Below, piece by piece: positions 9,779-19,440 of a stretch of 64,000 bases of DNA. The DNA lies in contig NZ_JMCB01000034.1 in the NCBI RefSeq assembly GCF_000737315.1, positions 62,001 through 126,000 of the forward strand, in the 5' to 3' direction. This DNA comes from Hyalangium minutum (GTDB lineage: Bacteria; Myxococcota; Myxococcia; Myxococcales; Myxococcaceae). The translations under genes were made by a program, and so were the position numbers. Under the pieces are notes generated by a model. That model had not been told where the DNA came from and searched no databases. It saw only the letters and a list, made by a program, of their open reading frames with translations. How positions within the stretch are numbered: position 1 is the stretch's first letter; each line of letters begins with the position of its first letter.

Positions 9779-10264
9779 GTGTCCAGCCCTATCGCCAAGA
9801 ACTCGACGCCCTCGCCCACTCCCGCGACTCCCGCCGCGTTCCGGATCCGCAAAGCCCGCCGCGGAGATGTGGAGGCACTCTCCACGCTCCTGCGAGAGCT
9901 GGGCTACACGGAGGGCTCGGACACGCAGACGGTCCACTGGGTCACCAGCCATCCGGAGATCGAGATCTACGTGGCCTGCGATCTTCAGGACCGGCCCGTG
10001 GGCATGCTGAGCCTCTCGCACCGTCCGCAGCTGCGGCTGCGCGGACGCATTGCCACCGTGGACGAGCTGGTGGTGACGGAGCCGTGGCGGCGCCGAGGCG
10101 TGGGCCGAGCGCTGCTGCTGCACGCCATCGAGCGGGCGCGGGTGCTGAGTGTGAAGCGGCTGGAGCTGGCGGCCCGCCAGGACACGGGGACTGAAACGGG
10201 GCGCTTCTACGAGGCCTGCGGCTTCGTGGCGGACTGCATGGTGTTCCGCCACGCGGGCTCGTGA
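9779..10264 (+). CDS. GNAT-family N-acetyltransferase
   Basis: VDELVVTEPWRRRGVGRALL (acetyl-CoA motif A) and 'RFYEACGF'. Confidence 0.88.
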   Translation: MSSPIAKNSTPSPTPATPAAFRIRKARRGDVEALSTLLRELGYTEGSDTQTVHWVTSHPEIEIYVACDLQDRPVGMLSLSHRPQLRLRGRIATVDELVVTEPWRRRGVGRALLLHAIERARVLSVKRLELAARQDTGTETGRFYEACGFVADCMVFRHAGS

Positions 10265-10288
10265 GCCCCAACGGCTGGGGCCCTCGAA

Positions 10289-10651
10289 TCAGCGCTTGAG
10301 GCTGTCGATGACGCTCTGGAGCCGGGAGCGATCCTTCTCGCTGATGTCCGTGAAGCGAACGCCGATGGCCTCGGACTCATCCCGGACCCAGGCGATGACG
10401 CCCTGGAGCTGGAAGGCCTGGCCCTCGACGACCATGTCCATGCGGACGGGCGAGCCCACGTCGTAGGCGCGCCGGGTTCGCAGGCACAGCCCACCGGCCG
10501 AGACATTCAGTGAGTAGGCCCGCAGGGCCTTGGCGGCCTCCTGCGTGTCGTTGAAGTGCACCTCGAACCGGGCCGGGACCCGCTCTTCGGTCCGGCGGTT
10601 CGCGAGGTCATCTTGCCCCGTGGATCTCACATCAGCGGAGTTGCTGTTCAT
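10289..10651 (-). CDS. Stand-alone PilZ-domain protein (myxobacterial TIGR02266-type)
   Basis: RRTEER (RxxxR) and NVSAGG (D/NxSxxG) c-di-GMP motifs, 'IGVRF'. Confidence 0.85.
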   Translation of the reverse strand: MNSNSADVRSTGQDDLANRRTEERVPARFEVHFNDTQEAAKALRAYSLNVSAGGLCLRTRRAYDVGSPVRMDMVVEGQAFQLQGVIAWVRDESEAIGVRFTDISEKDRSRLQSVIDSLKR

Positions 10652-10902
10652 GATGACCTGGGACTCCCAAGAGCAGCTGCGAATCCAATGACAACCTGAC
10701 CCTAGGGCCTGACTGGCCCGTGCCCATCCCCCGAGCGCAGTAAGTGTCGACTGTCTCCCGGCCCCTGTTCAAGAGGCCTGCTCCGCACACTTTCCCTCGG
10801 TGAACGCAGCCTTTCTCGATTGTCCGGAAGTTCCGAGCACCGGGGGAACTGCCCGGGTCCGCCTCTTTGGAATCTTTCACCGGCAGCGGGCCATTGCGGC
10901 GC

Positions 10903-13572
10903 TCAGCCGGTGTTGCGCATACCGGCGGCGATGCCGTTGAGAGTGAGGAGGAGCGGCCGGTCCACGTCCTGGTGGCCCTCGCGCTTGCGGCGGAGCAGCT
11001 CCACCTGGAGGAAGGACATGGGGTCCACGTAGGGGTTGCGCAGGGAGATGGAGCGCTGGAGCTGGGGGTTGTGGTCCAGCAACCGCTTCTCTCCGGTGAG
11101 GCGCTTCACCCAGCGCCGGGTGCGCGCGTGCTCGGCGCGAATGCGCTGCCAGAGCTCGCGCGTGGACTCGGGAGCCAGCGTCGCGTAGCGCGAGGCGATG
11201 GTGATGTCGCTCTTGGCCAGCACCATCGTCACGTTGTCGATGACCATGCGGAAGAATGGCCACTGGAGGTACATGCGCTTGAGCAGCACCAGTCCGTCCG
11301 GCTGGGCCGCGAAGGCCTCCAGCGCCGAGCCCACGCCGTACCACCCCGGAAGAATGGCGCGGTTCTGCGTCCACGCGAACACCCAGGGGATGGCACGCAG
11401 GGATTCCAGCCCTCCGGCCTTGCGCTTGCTCGGGCGCGAGCCGATGGGCAGCGCGGAGATCTCCTCCACCGGCGTGACGGCGGTGAAGAACTCGACGAAG
11501 CGAGAGTCCTCCCACACGAGGCTGCGGTACTCGCGCCGGCCTGTCTCCGCCAGCGTGTCGAAGGCCTCGCGGAAGACGGCCTCGTCCTCCGGCGCGGGCC
11601 GGGGCTGGGCATCCATCACGTGGAGCAGCACGCCGCCCAGCGCCAGCTCCAGTGTGCGGCGGGCCAGCTCGGGACGTGCGTACTTGTGGTCCAGCGCCTC
11701 GCCCTGCTCCGTCGCCTTGTAGCCACCCGCGAGGCTCCCTCTGGGCAGCGCGAGGATGGCCTGCTGGGCGGGACCGCCGCCCCGGGCCACGGACTCGCCG
11801 CGGCCGTGGAAGAGGCGCAGCGGGATGCCCTCCTCCTTCGCCACCTGGGTGAGCGCCACCTGGGCGCGGTGGAGCGCGGCGGCGGCGGCCAGCAGCCCCA
11901 CCTCCTTACCCGAGTCGCTGTAGCCCACCATCACCTCCTGCACACCTCGGGCCTGCACATGGCGGCGGTAGGTGGGGTCTGCGAAGAGGGTCTTCAGCAC
12001 CTTCGGCCCGTCATTCAGAGCGCCGAGCTGCTCGAACAACGGGACAATGTCCACGGTGGCGCAGCCGCGCTCCGCGTCCCACAGGCCCGCGTGGCGAGCA
12101 CAGCGGAACGCCGCGAGCACATCCTCCGCGGTGCTGGCCATGGAGAGGATGAACGTGCGGCACGCCACCTCACCGGACTCCGCCTGGGCCTCGCGGACGC
12201 GATCCAACACTCCGAGCAGTCGGGCACCGCCCTCGGAGGGAGCTGGCCCTCCGGACAGCGAAGCATTGGCGCTGATGGCGTCCTCGGCAGGGACGCGGAA
12301 CTCGAGCTCGGCCAGGTGGAAGCCCATGGAGTGGACGCGGTCCATCACGCGGCGCACCTGCCTCACGCCAGCACGCTGGGCTTTCACCTCATCGAGCGTG
12401 CGCTCGATGAGCTCCAGATCCTTCAAGAACGCGGCGGGCGAGCGGTAGGCCACGGGGGACATGGGCTCGGTGCGCCCTGCGCGTTGCCCCTCGACGTACC
12501 GGAGCGCGAGCTGGAGCCGGGCCTCCATGAAGCGCAGCTTGCGCCGCCACGGCTCGCCCGCGGTGCGTGGCCCCTGGCGTCGGGCCACTTCGGGCAGCTC
12601 CGCCCCATCCCGCTCAAGCGAGAGGCGCAGTTCCTCGGGCGTGGGGGCGTGCAGATCCGACTGGGACAGGGACACGCCGAGCGCCTCCACGTCGCGCAGC
12701 AGCATGCGCAGGCCGCGGGCGCGGTGGGCGCGCAGGGTGTCCTCAAGCACCTCAGGCGTCACGAGCGGGTTGCCGTCCATGTCCCCGCCTACCCACGAGT
12801 GCAACCGCACGGGCGTGGGAATGGGGCCGAGCGGCTCGCCATAGGCGCGCTCGAAGGCCCAGGAGATGATCTCCGGCAGGCGTGCGAGCTGGTCGGCGAG
12901 CACCTCCTCCACGTACCAGAGGACGTTCTTTACCTCGTCACCCACGGTGGGGCGCATGCGCCGCAGCTCGTCCGACTGCCAGAGGGCGGTGACCTCCTCG
13001 CGCACGGACTCGACGTTGTCGGCGAACTCCTGGGGCGTCAGCGAGCAGCGGTCCCGCTCTTCGAGCGCCCGCTGGATGCGGTAGAGCTTCTCCAGCAGCG
13101 TGCGCCGCGCGGCCTGGGTGGGGTGCGCGGTGAGCGTCAGGGTGAACTGGAGCGAGAGCAGGGTCTGACGCACGCGCTCCTTGGAGATGCCAGCGTCACG
13201 GAGCGTGAGGAAGGCGGCCTCGAGCGAGCCGCGCTGGGGCAGTGCCTGCGTGTCGCTGGCATGGGCGCGGAAGCGGCGGATGCGGTGGTGCTGCTCGGCG
13301 AGGTTGACGAGCTGGAAGTAGACGGAGAAGGCGCGAAGCACGGGTTCGGCCTGCTCCAGCGGGAGTTTCTTCAGGAGCGCGGTGAGCTCAGAGGCCGCGG
13401 ACTGGCGGCCCTCCTTGGGGCCTCGGCGGCGCCGGATGGAGAGGTTGCGGACTTGCTCTTCGAGTTCGAAGAGCTCCTGCCCCTCCTGCTCAATGATGAC
13501 CTCTCCGAGCAGGCGGCCCAGGACACGGACATCTCGGCGGAGTGCTCGGTCTGCGGAACGGGTACGTGCCAT
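10903..13572 (-). CDS. ppc: Phosphoenolpyruvate carboxylase
   Basis: LTAHPT, WVGGDMDGNP, VPLFE, QEVMVGYSDSGKE, FHGRGESVARGG, LRAIPWVFAW, GMRNTG C-terminus. Confidence 0.97.
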   Translation of the reverse strand: MARTRSADRALRRDVRVLGRLLGEVIIEQEGQELFELEEQVRNLSIRRRRGPKEGRQSAASELTALLKKLPLEQAEPVLRAFSVYFQLVNLAEQHHRIRRFRAHASDTQALPQRGSLEAAFLTLRDAGISKERVRQTLLSLQFTLTLTAHPTQAARRTLLEKLYRIQRALEERDRCSLTPQEFADNVESVREEVTALWQSDELRRMRPTVGDEVKNVLWYVEEVLADQLARLPEIISWAFERAYGEPLGPIPTPVRLHSWVGGDMDGNPLVTPEVLEDTLRAHRARGLRMLLRDVEALGVSLSQSDLHAPTPEELRLSLERDGAELPEVARRQGPRTAGEPWRRKLRFMEARLQLALRYVEGQRAGRTEPMSPVAYRSPAAFLKDLELIERTLDEVKAQRAGVRQVRRVMDRVHSMGFHLAELEFRVPAEDAISANASLSGGPAPSEGGARLLGVLDRVREAQAESGEVACRTFILSMASTAEDVLAAFRCARHAGLWDAERGCATVDIVPLFEQLGALNDGPKVLKTLFADPTYRRHVQARGVQEVMVGYSDSGKEVGLLAAAAALHRAQVALTQVAKEEGIPLRLFHGRGESVARGGGPAQQAILALPRGSLAGGYKATEQGEALDHKYARPELARRTLELALGGVLLHVMDAQPRPAPEDEAVFREAFDTLAETGRREYRSLVWEDSRFVEFFTAVTPVEEISALPIGSRPSKRKAGGLESLRAIPWVFAWTQNRAILPGWYGVGSALEAFAAQPDGLVLLKRMYLQWPFFRMVIDNVTMVLAKSDITIASRYATLAPESTRELWQRIRAEHARTRRWVKRLTGEKRLLDHNPQLQRSISLRNPYVDPMSFLQVELLRRKREGHQDVDRPLLLTLNGIAAGMRNTG

Positions 13573-13668
13573 GACGCACTGCACCCTAGCGCCATCCCAG
13601 CGGGGACGGTCCAGAAAGCAGCGTTATCGCACAGCAACGGACATCCAGGCCTGCCCCATGGGGCCTCG

Positions 13669-14271
13669 CTAATCGCGCTTCACCAGCACGCCTTCCCCAA
13701 GGCTTGCGACCCGGCCATAGAAGGTTTGCAGGCCTTGGAAGTCCTCGACCACCCAGTCCCACTCCTGCTCATCGGTACGGTCCGCTCGGAACTTGTAGAC
13801 GGCAAGCTCCTCCATCCGAGAGGGCTCCCAAACCCGTCGCAGCTCACCTTCCGTGATGGAGCGCAAGTGCTCCGCAATGGCTCGGACGACTGCCGGGGGT
13901 GAGTAGCGCAGGTGAATCCCCTGCCCTCCGGTGAGATGATTGGCCAAGCGGCTGGCACCGAGAATGGCGTGTGTCCCCCAATCGTCCGCGTCAAAGCGGC
14001 CGTGCCGCCGCTCCTCGGACAACAGGTAGTGGAGCTTGTCCCAGCGGCGGTCCACGGAGCACCTGCGCTGCTCCAGCCCCGGGTGCTTGGCGCACAGTTC
14101 CCGCCATGCCTGTGCACACTCGGCCCAGACGCCGCCCCAAGCCATCCCTTCGGCGGCCTCCAGCCTCCCACTCACCGCGCTGAAGGCTTCCCCGAACTCG
14201 GGATCCCGGATTGCCCGTGCCAGCGGTTCACATGGGTCCGGAAGAGCCTGGTAGGAACAGTCGATCCCCAT
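13669..14271 (-). CDS. YfbM/DUF1877-family protein
   Basis: MGIDCSY start, 'VDRRWDKLHYLL', 'YSPPAVVRAIAEHL', 'FQGLQTFYGRVA...GVLV'. Confidence 0.7.
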   Translation of the reverse strand: MGIDCSYQALPDPCEPLARAIRDPEFGEAFSAVSGRLEAAEGMAWGGVWAECAQAWRELCAKHPGLEQRRCSVDRRWDKLHYLLSEERRHGRFDADDWGTHAILGASRLANHLTGGQGIHLRYSPPAVVRAIAEHLRSITEGELRRVWEPSRMEELAVYKFRADRTDEQEWDWVVEDFQGLQTFYGRVASLGEGVLVKRD

Positions 14272-14379
14272 GGGATGGACAATATCCCCCCAAGGGGTCA
14301 GGGCCATCGCCCAGCAACGACTCCCGGCCTGAGAAGCGGTGAGCTACGCTCCGAGGAGCCACTTCGCACGGAGAGGACC

Positions 14380-14787
14380 ATGAACAGAGAGCTGTACATC
14401 GTCCTCTACCTGGGCCTGGGGTTGATGGCCCTCTGGGTGTTTTTCCTCGTGCGGTTTCTGCGACTGCGCAGCAAGGGGCTGATCGTCCAGGGTGTGATCG
14501 TCCGGCACGAGTCTCGAAAGTTCACCCTGCGCGGCATGACCGTCCTAGACCCTTTGGTGATCGTGCGCTTCACTTCCCCGCAGGCTGGCGAGATGGAGTG
14601 CCAGATCCAGGCAGCCACCCACCTACCGAGGTTCCAGGTCGGCCAGAGCCTCTGGGTGAGCCACGATCCCGAGAAGCCCGAGCAACTGGGCCGCAGCATC
14701 GATCAGCTGCTGATGCCACCGTTCATCTGCGGGTTCTTCGGAACCATGATGCTGCTCGTCTACGTGGTCAAAGCGCTGGGATTCTGA
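14380..14787 (+). CDS. Small two-TM membrane protein (DUF3592-like)
   Basis: TM, then 'VQGVIV', 'VGQSLWVSHDPEKP', then TM; GGAGAGGA RBS before ATG 14380. Confidence 0.65.
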   Translation: MNRELYIVLYLGLGLMALWVFFLVRFLRLRSKGLIVQGVIVRHESRKFTLRGMTVLDPLVIVRFTSPQAGEMECQIQAATHLPRFQVGQSLWVSHDPEKPEQLGRSIDQLLMPPFICGFFGTMMLLVYVVKALGF

Positions 14788-14791
14788 ACTC

Positions 14792-17700
14792 TCAGGCCCC
14801 CTGCTCCACTGGACCCTGGGGACCTCCCTTGCCGTGGTGCTCTCTGTGCTTGAGAACCCGCGTGCGTGCGGACTCCACCAGCGCGTACAGCACTGGGATG
14901 AAGATCAGGTTCACGAAGGTGGACAGCAACATCCCTCCGAACACCGCCGTCCCCAGGGACTTGCGCGAGTTCGCGCCCGCCCCCGACGCCAGCACCAGCG
15001 GCAGCACCCCGAGCAGGAACGCGAACGACGTCATCAGGATGGGCCGCAGCCGCGTCTGCGCCGCGTGAATCGTCGCCTCCACCACGCCCTTGCCTTGAAC
15101 GCGCAGTTGCTCGGCGAACTCGACGATCAAGATGGCGTTCTTGCTGGACAAGCCCACCAGCATCACCAAGCCCACCTGGCAGAACACGTCGTTCGCCAGT
15201 CCTCGCAGGTTCTGCAGCCCCAGCGCTCCCAGCATCGCCACCGGCACGCCCAGCATCACCACCAGTGGCAGCGCGAAGCTCTCGTACTGCGCCGAGAGCA
15301 CCAGGAACACGAAGACGACTCCCAGCCCGAAGATGAGGAGCACCTTGCCGCCAGCCTCCTTCTGCTCGAGCGAGAGCCCCGTCCACTCGAACGCGAACCC
15401 CGCGGGCAGGTTCTGCCGCGCCACCTGCTCCATGGCGGTCAGCGCATCGCCCGTGCTCGCGCCGGGCGCCTGTTGGCCGTTGATCGTCGCGGAGCGGAAG
15501 AGGTTGTAGTGCTGAATGCTCGCCGCGCTCGTCACGGGCGTCACTTTCACCAGCGCCTCCAGCGGCACCATCTCCCCCTGCGCCGAGCGCACATAGAAGG
15601 AGCTGATGTCACGCGGCTCGTTGCGGAACGGCACCGCCGCCTGCACGTACACCCGGTACACGCGGCTGGCGAAAGTGAAGTCATTCACGTACTGGCTGCC
15701 CAGGTACACCGACAGCGTGGAGTAGATCTCGTCCAGCGGTACGCCCAGCGCCTTGGCCTTCTCGCGATCCACCTGCACGTCCAGCAGCGGCGTGCTGGCC
15801 GAGTAGGAGGAGAACACGCCCCGCAGCCCCGGCGAGCGGTTGGCCTGTCCCACGAGCTGCTGAGTCACCTGCGCCAACTCCTCCAGCGAGTGGGTTCCCT
15901 GCTGATCCTCGAGGATGAACTCGAAGCCCCCCACGCTGCCCACCCCGCGGATCGTCGGCGGCTGGAAGGGCAGCACGCGCGCCCCACCGATCGACGTGAG
16001 CTGCCCGCGCAGCCGCTCCACCAGCGCCGTGACGCTCTGCTCCTCCTTCTCGCGCTCAGCCCAGGGCTTCAGGCTGACGAAGAGCGTGCCCGTGTTGGAG
16101 CCCGCGCCCAGCAGCGAGAACCCTCCCACCGTGAAGAGATCCGACACCTCGGGCTGCTTGCGCAGCACCTCCTCGGTCTGGAGCAACACCCCCCGCGTGT
16201 AGTCCAGCGAGGTGCCCTCAGGCCCCTGCACCGCGACGATGAGGTAGCCCTGATCCTCGGGGGTGATGAAGCCAGTGGGCGTGTACTTGTAGAGCAGCAC
16301 CGTGACCACCAGGCACACCCCGAAGGCGGCCAGCACCCCCCACCGAAGCGGACCGAGCAGCTTCCCGAGCAGCCGTCCATAGGCATGACGGAACGCGTCC
16401 AGCGAGCGTTCCACCCAGCGGGCCGCGCGCCATTTCTCCCCCTCGTGGGGGCGCAGCAGCCGCGCGGCCAGGGCCGGAGACAGCGTGAGCGCCACCAGCG
16501 CCGACAAGCCAATGGAGAAGGCCAGCGTGAGCGCGAACTGCTTGTAGATGACGCCCGTGGTCCCTGGGAAGAGCGCCACCGGGACGAACACCGCGCTCAG
16601 CACCAGTGCCACGGCCACCACCACGCCAGACACCTGCCGCATCCCCCGGTGCGTGGCCTCGCGGGCATCCACCTTGTCCTCCTCCATGATGCGCTCGACG
16701 TTCTCGATGACGACGATGGCGTCATCCACCACCAGGCCCGTGGCCAGCGTCAGCCCGAACAACGTCAGCGTGTTGATGGAGAAGCCGAACACGTGAGCGA
16801 AGGCGAAAGTGCCTACCAGCGAGACGGGCAGCGTCGTCGCCACCACGAGCACGCTGCGCCAGCCGTGCAGGAAGACGAAGACGACGAGCACCACCAGCAG
16901 GATGGCCTCTCCCAGGGTGCGCAGCACCTCGTGGATGGACTCCCGCACCGCGCGCGTGGTGTCGAAGGCGGGCTGGTAGGTGAGGCCCGGCGGGAAGGTG
17001 GCCTTGAGCCGCTCCAGCTCCTTCACCACGCCCTCGCGCACATCCAGCGCGTTGGAGCCCGGCAGTTGGAGGATGCCCAAGCCCACCGCCTCCTGGCCAT
17101 TGAAGCGCAGCAACTGCGCGTAGTTCTCCGCCCCCAGCTCCGCGCGGCCCACGTCCCTCAGCCGCACCAGTGAGCCGTCGGCCCCGCGCTGCACCACGAT
17201 GTCGTTGAACTCCTCGGGCGTGGTGAGCTGCCCCAGCGCTCGCACGGTGAACTGGTACGTCTGCCCCTCGGGAGCGGGCTGCTGCCCTACCTGCCCCGCG
17301 CCCACCTGCAGGTTCTGCTCCCGTAGCGCCGCCACCACGTCCTGCGGTGTGAGGCTCCGCCGCGCCAGCTGCGTGGGATCCAGCCACAGCCGCATGGCGA
17401 AGCGCCGCTCGCCGAAGATGCGGACGTCGCCCACGCCCTTCACACGCAGGAGTGCGTCCCGCAGGTACACGTCCGCGTAGTTGCTGATGAAGCCCCGATC
17501 ATAGCGCTGCTCGGGATCGTACAGACCGAAGGACGCGAGCAACTGGGACTGGGTCTTGTTGATGGTGATGCCCAGCGCGTTGACCTGGGCGGGCAGCCGC
17601 GCGGAGGTGGTGGCCACACGGTTCTGCACGTCCACCGCGGCGATGTCGACGCTGTACCCGGGCTCGAAGGTGACGGTGATGGAGCAAGCCCCGTCATTGG

Positions 17701-17950
17701 TGCTCGTCGAGGTGATGTAGCGCATGCCCTTGATGCCGTTGAGCGCGCGCTCCAGGACGGTCGTGACGGAGCTCTCCACCGCCTCGGCAGACGCCCCCAG
17801 GTAGGTGGCGTTGACCGTCACCTGGGGCGCCGAGAGATCCGGGTACTGCTCCACCGCCAGCGAGGGGATGGAGATGGCCCCGGCCAGCGTGATGAGGATG
17901 GACAACACCGAGGCGAAGATGGGCCGTTTGATGAAGAAGTCGGTGAACAT
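14792..17950 (-). CDS. RND efflux transporter permease (HAE1/AcrB family)
   Basis: 1052 aa; FIKRPIFA, GLVVDDAIVVIENVER, KNAILIVEFA, RLRPILMTS. Confidence 0.96.
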   Translation of the reverse strand: MFTDFFIKRPIFASVLSILITLAGAISIPSLAVEQYPDLSAPQVTVNATYLGASAEAVESSVTTVLERALNGIKGMRYITSTSTNDGACSITVTFEPGYSVDIAAVDVQNRVATTSARLPAQVNALGITINKTQSQLLASFGLYDPEQRYDRGFISNYADVYLRDALLRVKGVGDVRIFGERRFAMRLWLDPTQLARRSLTPQDVVAALREQNLQVGAGQVGQQPAPEGQTYQFTVRALGQLTTPEEFNDIVVQRGADGSLVRLRDVGRAELGAENYAQLLRFNGQEAVGLGILQLPGSNALDVREGVVKELERLKATFPPGLTYQPAFDTTRAVRESIHEVLRTLGEAILLVVLVVFVFLHGWRSVLVVATTLPVSLVGTFAFAHVFGFSINTLTLFGLTLATGLVVDDAIVVIENVERIMEEDKVDAREATHRGMRQVSGVVVAVALVLSAVFVPVALFPGTTGVIYKQFALTLAFSIGLSALVALTLSPALAARLLRPHEGEKWRAARWVERSLDAFRHAYGRLLGKLLGPLRWGVLAAFGVCLVVTVLLYKYTPTGFITPEDQGYLIVAVQGPEGTSLDYTRGVLLQTEEVLRKQPEVSDLFTVGGFSLLGAGSNTGTLFVSLKPWAEREKEEQSVTALVERLRGQLTSIGGARVLPFQPPTIRGVGSVGGFEFILEDQQGTHSLEELAQVTQQLVGQANRSPGLRGVFSSYSASTPLLDVQVDREKAKALGVPLDEIYSTLSVYLGSQYVNDFTFASRVYRVYVQAAVPFRNEPRDISSFYVRSAQGEMVPLEALVKVTPVTSAASIQHYNLFRSATINGQQAPGASTGDALTAMEQVARQNLPAGFAFEWTGLSLEQKEAGGKVLLIFGLGVVFVFLVLSAQYESFALPLVVMLGVPVAMLGALGLQNLRGLANDVFCQVGLVMLVGLSSKNAILIVEFAEQLRVQGKGVVEATIHAAQTRLRPILMTSFAFLLGVLPLVLASGAGANSRKSLGTAVFGGMLLSTFVNLIFIPVLYALVESARTRVLKHREHHGKGGPQGPVEQGA

Positions 17951-17959
17951 GCGCGCCCC

Positions 17960-19105
17960 TCACTGCCCCGCGTCCGAAGCCCCGCCCACCCCTGGCCCCT
18001 GACTGCCTCGCGGCGACGCTGGCTTCGGCTGCACCGGCTGCCCATCCCGGAGCAGCTGCACGCCGCTGACAGCCACCTGGGTGCCCTGCTTCAGCCCCTC
18101 CACCAGCTCGTAGGAGTTGCCCTGGATCTGCCCCAGCTGCACTGGCTGGCGCTGCGACACCATGCCGCCATCCCCAGGAATGACCGTGAAGACAAAGGCC
18201 TGGCTGCCGAGCCGGGACACCGCATAGGTGGGCAGCAGCAGCGCCTGGCGCGTCTCATAGATGACGCGGGTGGGGATGACCTGCTCGGCGCGCAGCCCCA
18301 GCGTGTTCTGAAAAGCCGCCTTCACCTCCACCAGCTGGGTGGCGTCCGACGGCGTAGACGCCACGAAGAAGACCGGGGCCGTGACAATGGGCTCCCCCTT
18401 CGTGTCCAGCAGCTCCACCTCCGTGCGTCCCACTTGAATCTTCGCGGCGCGCTCCACCGGAACCTGCACGGAGACTTCCAGCGTCTGGCTCTGATCCACG
18501 CGGGTCAGCTCCGTCTCCTGGGAGACCGAGTCCCCCACCCTCACAGGGATGTTTCCCACCACCCCCGCGAAGGGTGCTCGCACTTCGAAGTAGCCCAGCT
18601 CCACCTGCTGGGCCTGGATCTGGGCCTCGGCGGCGCGGGCGTTGGCCTCGGCCGTGCGAGCCTGCGCCACGGCCTGCTCATAGTCCTGGCGGCTCAGCAG
18701 CCCTTCCTTGAGGAGCTGGGCGGCGCGCTCCCGTGTCTGCCGGGCGTACTCGCGGCTGGCCACCGCCGACGAGCGCTGGGCCTGCGCCGCCAACAGCCCC
18801 GCGCGCTCCCGCCGGGGATCCACCACCAGCAGCACCTGGCCCTTCTCCACCTGCTCGCCCGGGCGCACGCGAATGCTCTGCACGTAGCCGGACACCTGGG
18901 GACGCAGGGAGACACTCTGCCGGGAGAGGAGCTGACCCAGGTACTCACTCGTGTCCCGCACCTCTCCGGGTGCCAGCGAGATCACCTCCACGGCCATGGG
19001 GTCTGCCGCGCCCTGCTGAGCCTGCTGCGGACCGCTCTGCGCCTTGCCACACGCGGCCAGAGTCAGCAGTGCCAACCCAACGCCCGCCACACTCACCAAT
19101 CGCAT
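17960..19105 (-). CDS. RND periplasmic adaptor (membrane fusion protein), lipoprotein
   Basis: Lipobox LAAC, 'LRPQVSGYV', 'GEQVEKGQVL', 'VRAPFAGVVG'; start set at ATG 19105. Confidence 0.93.
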   Translation of the reverse strand: MRLVSVAGVGLALLTLAACGKAQSGPQQAQQGAADPMAVEVISLAPGEVRDTSEYLGQLLSRQSVSLRPQVSGYVQSIRVRPGEQVEKGQVLLVVDPRRERAGLLAAQAQRSSAVASREYARQTRERAAQLLKEGLLSRQDYEQAVAQARTAEANARAAEAQIQAQQVELGYFEVRAPFAGVVGNIPVRVGDSVSQETELTRVDQSQTLEVSVQVPVERAAKIQVGRTEVELLDTKGEPIVTAPVFFVASTPSDATQLVEVKAAFQNTLGLRAEQVIPTRVIYETRQALLLPTYAVSRLGSQAFVFTVIPGDGGMVSQRQPVQLGQIQGNSYELVEGLKQGTQVAVSGVQLLRDGQPVQPKPASPRGSQGPGVGGASDAGQ

Positions 19106-19440
19106 GCCGCCTCCGCGAGGAATGCCTGAACCTGTGCCTGTTGAAGCTCGGACTTGCGCACCACGAGCTGCAGCTCCGCTCGCCGCAAGGCTGCGCATCC
19201 GGCACGGGACTGGCGGACACCACAACGGCCGTGAGCAAGAGCAGACTCATAGTGAGAGCGCCTGAGGTAGGGAGGCGCGGAGCGCTCTGCTACCCACACA
19301 CAGGACTTGCTCCCACCAGCCAACATCCGCCGGCGGAGGACTGCTGAGTGGTCAATGTTTGGGGCCGACCGGAGTCTGCCCCTCCACTCCACCGAAACCC
19401 GGGGAGCGCCCGCAAGCGCTCCACCGGGTCCCGGCCTTGA

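Noticed and set aside
10652-10900. Possible ncRNA or riboswitch between ppc and the PilZ gene
   Set aside because: No recognisable riboswitch consensus or convincing long stems found by eye.
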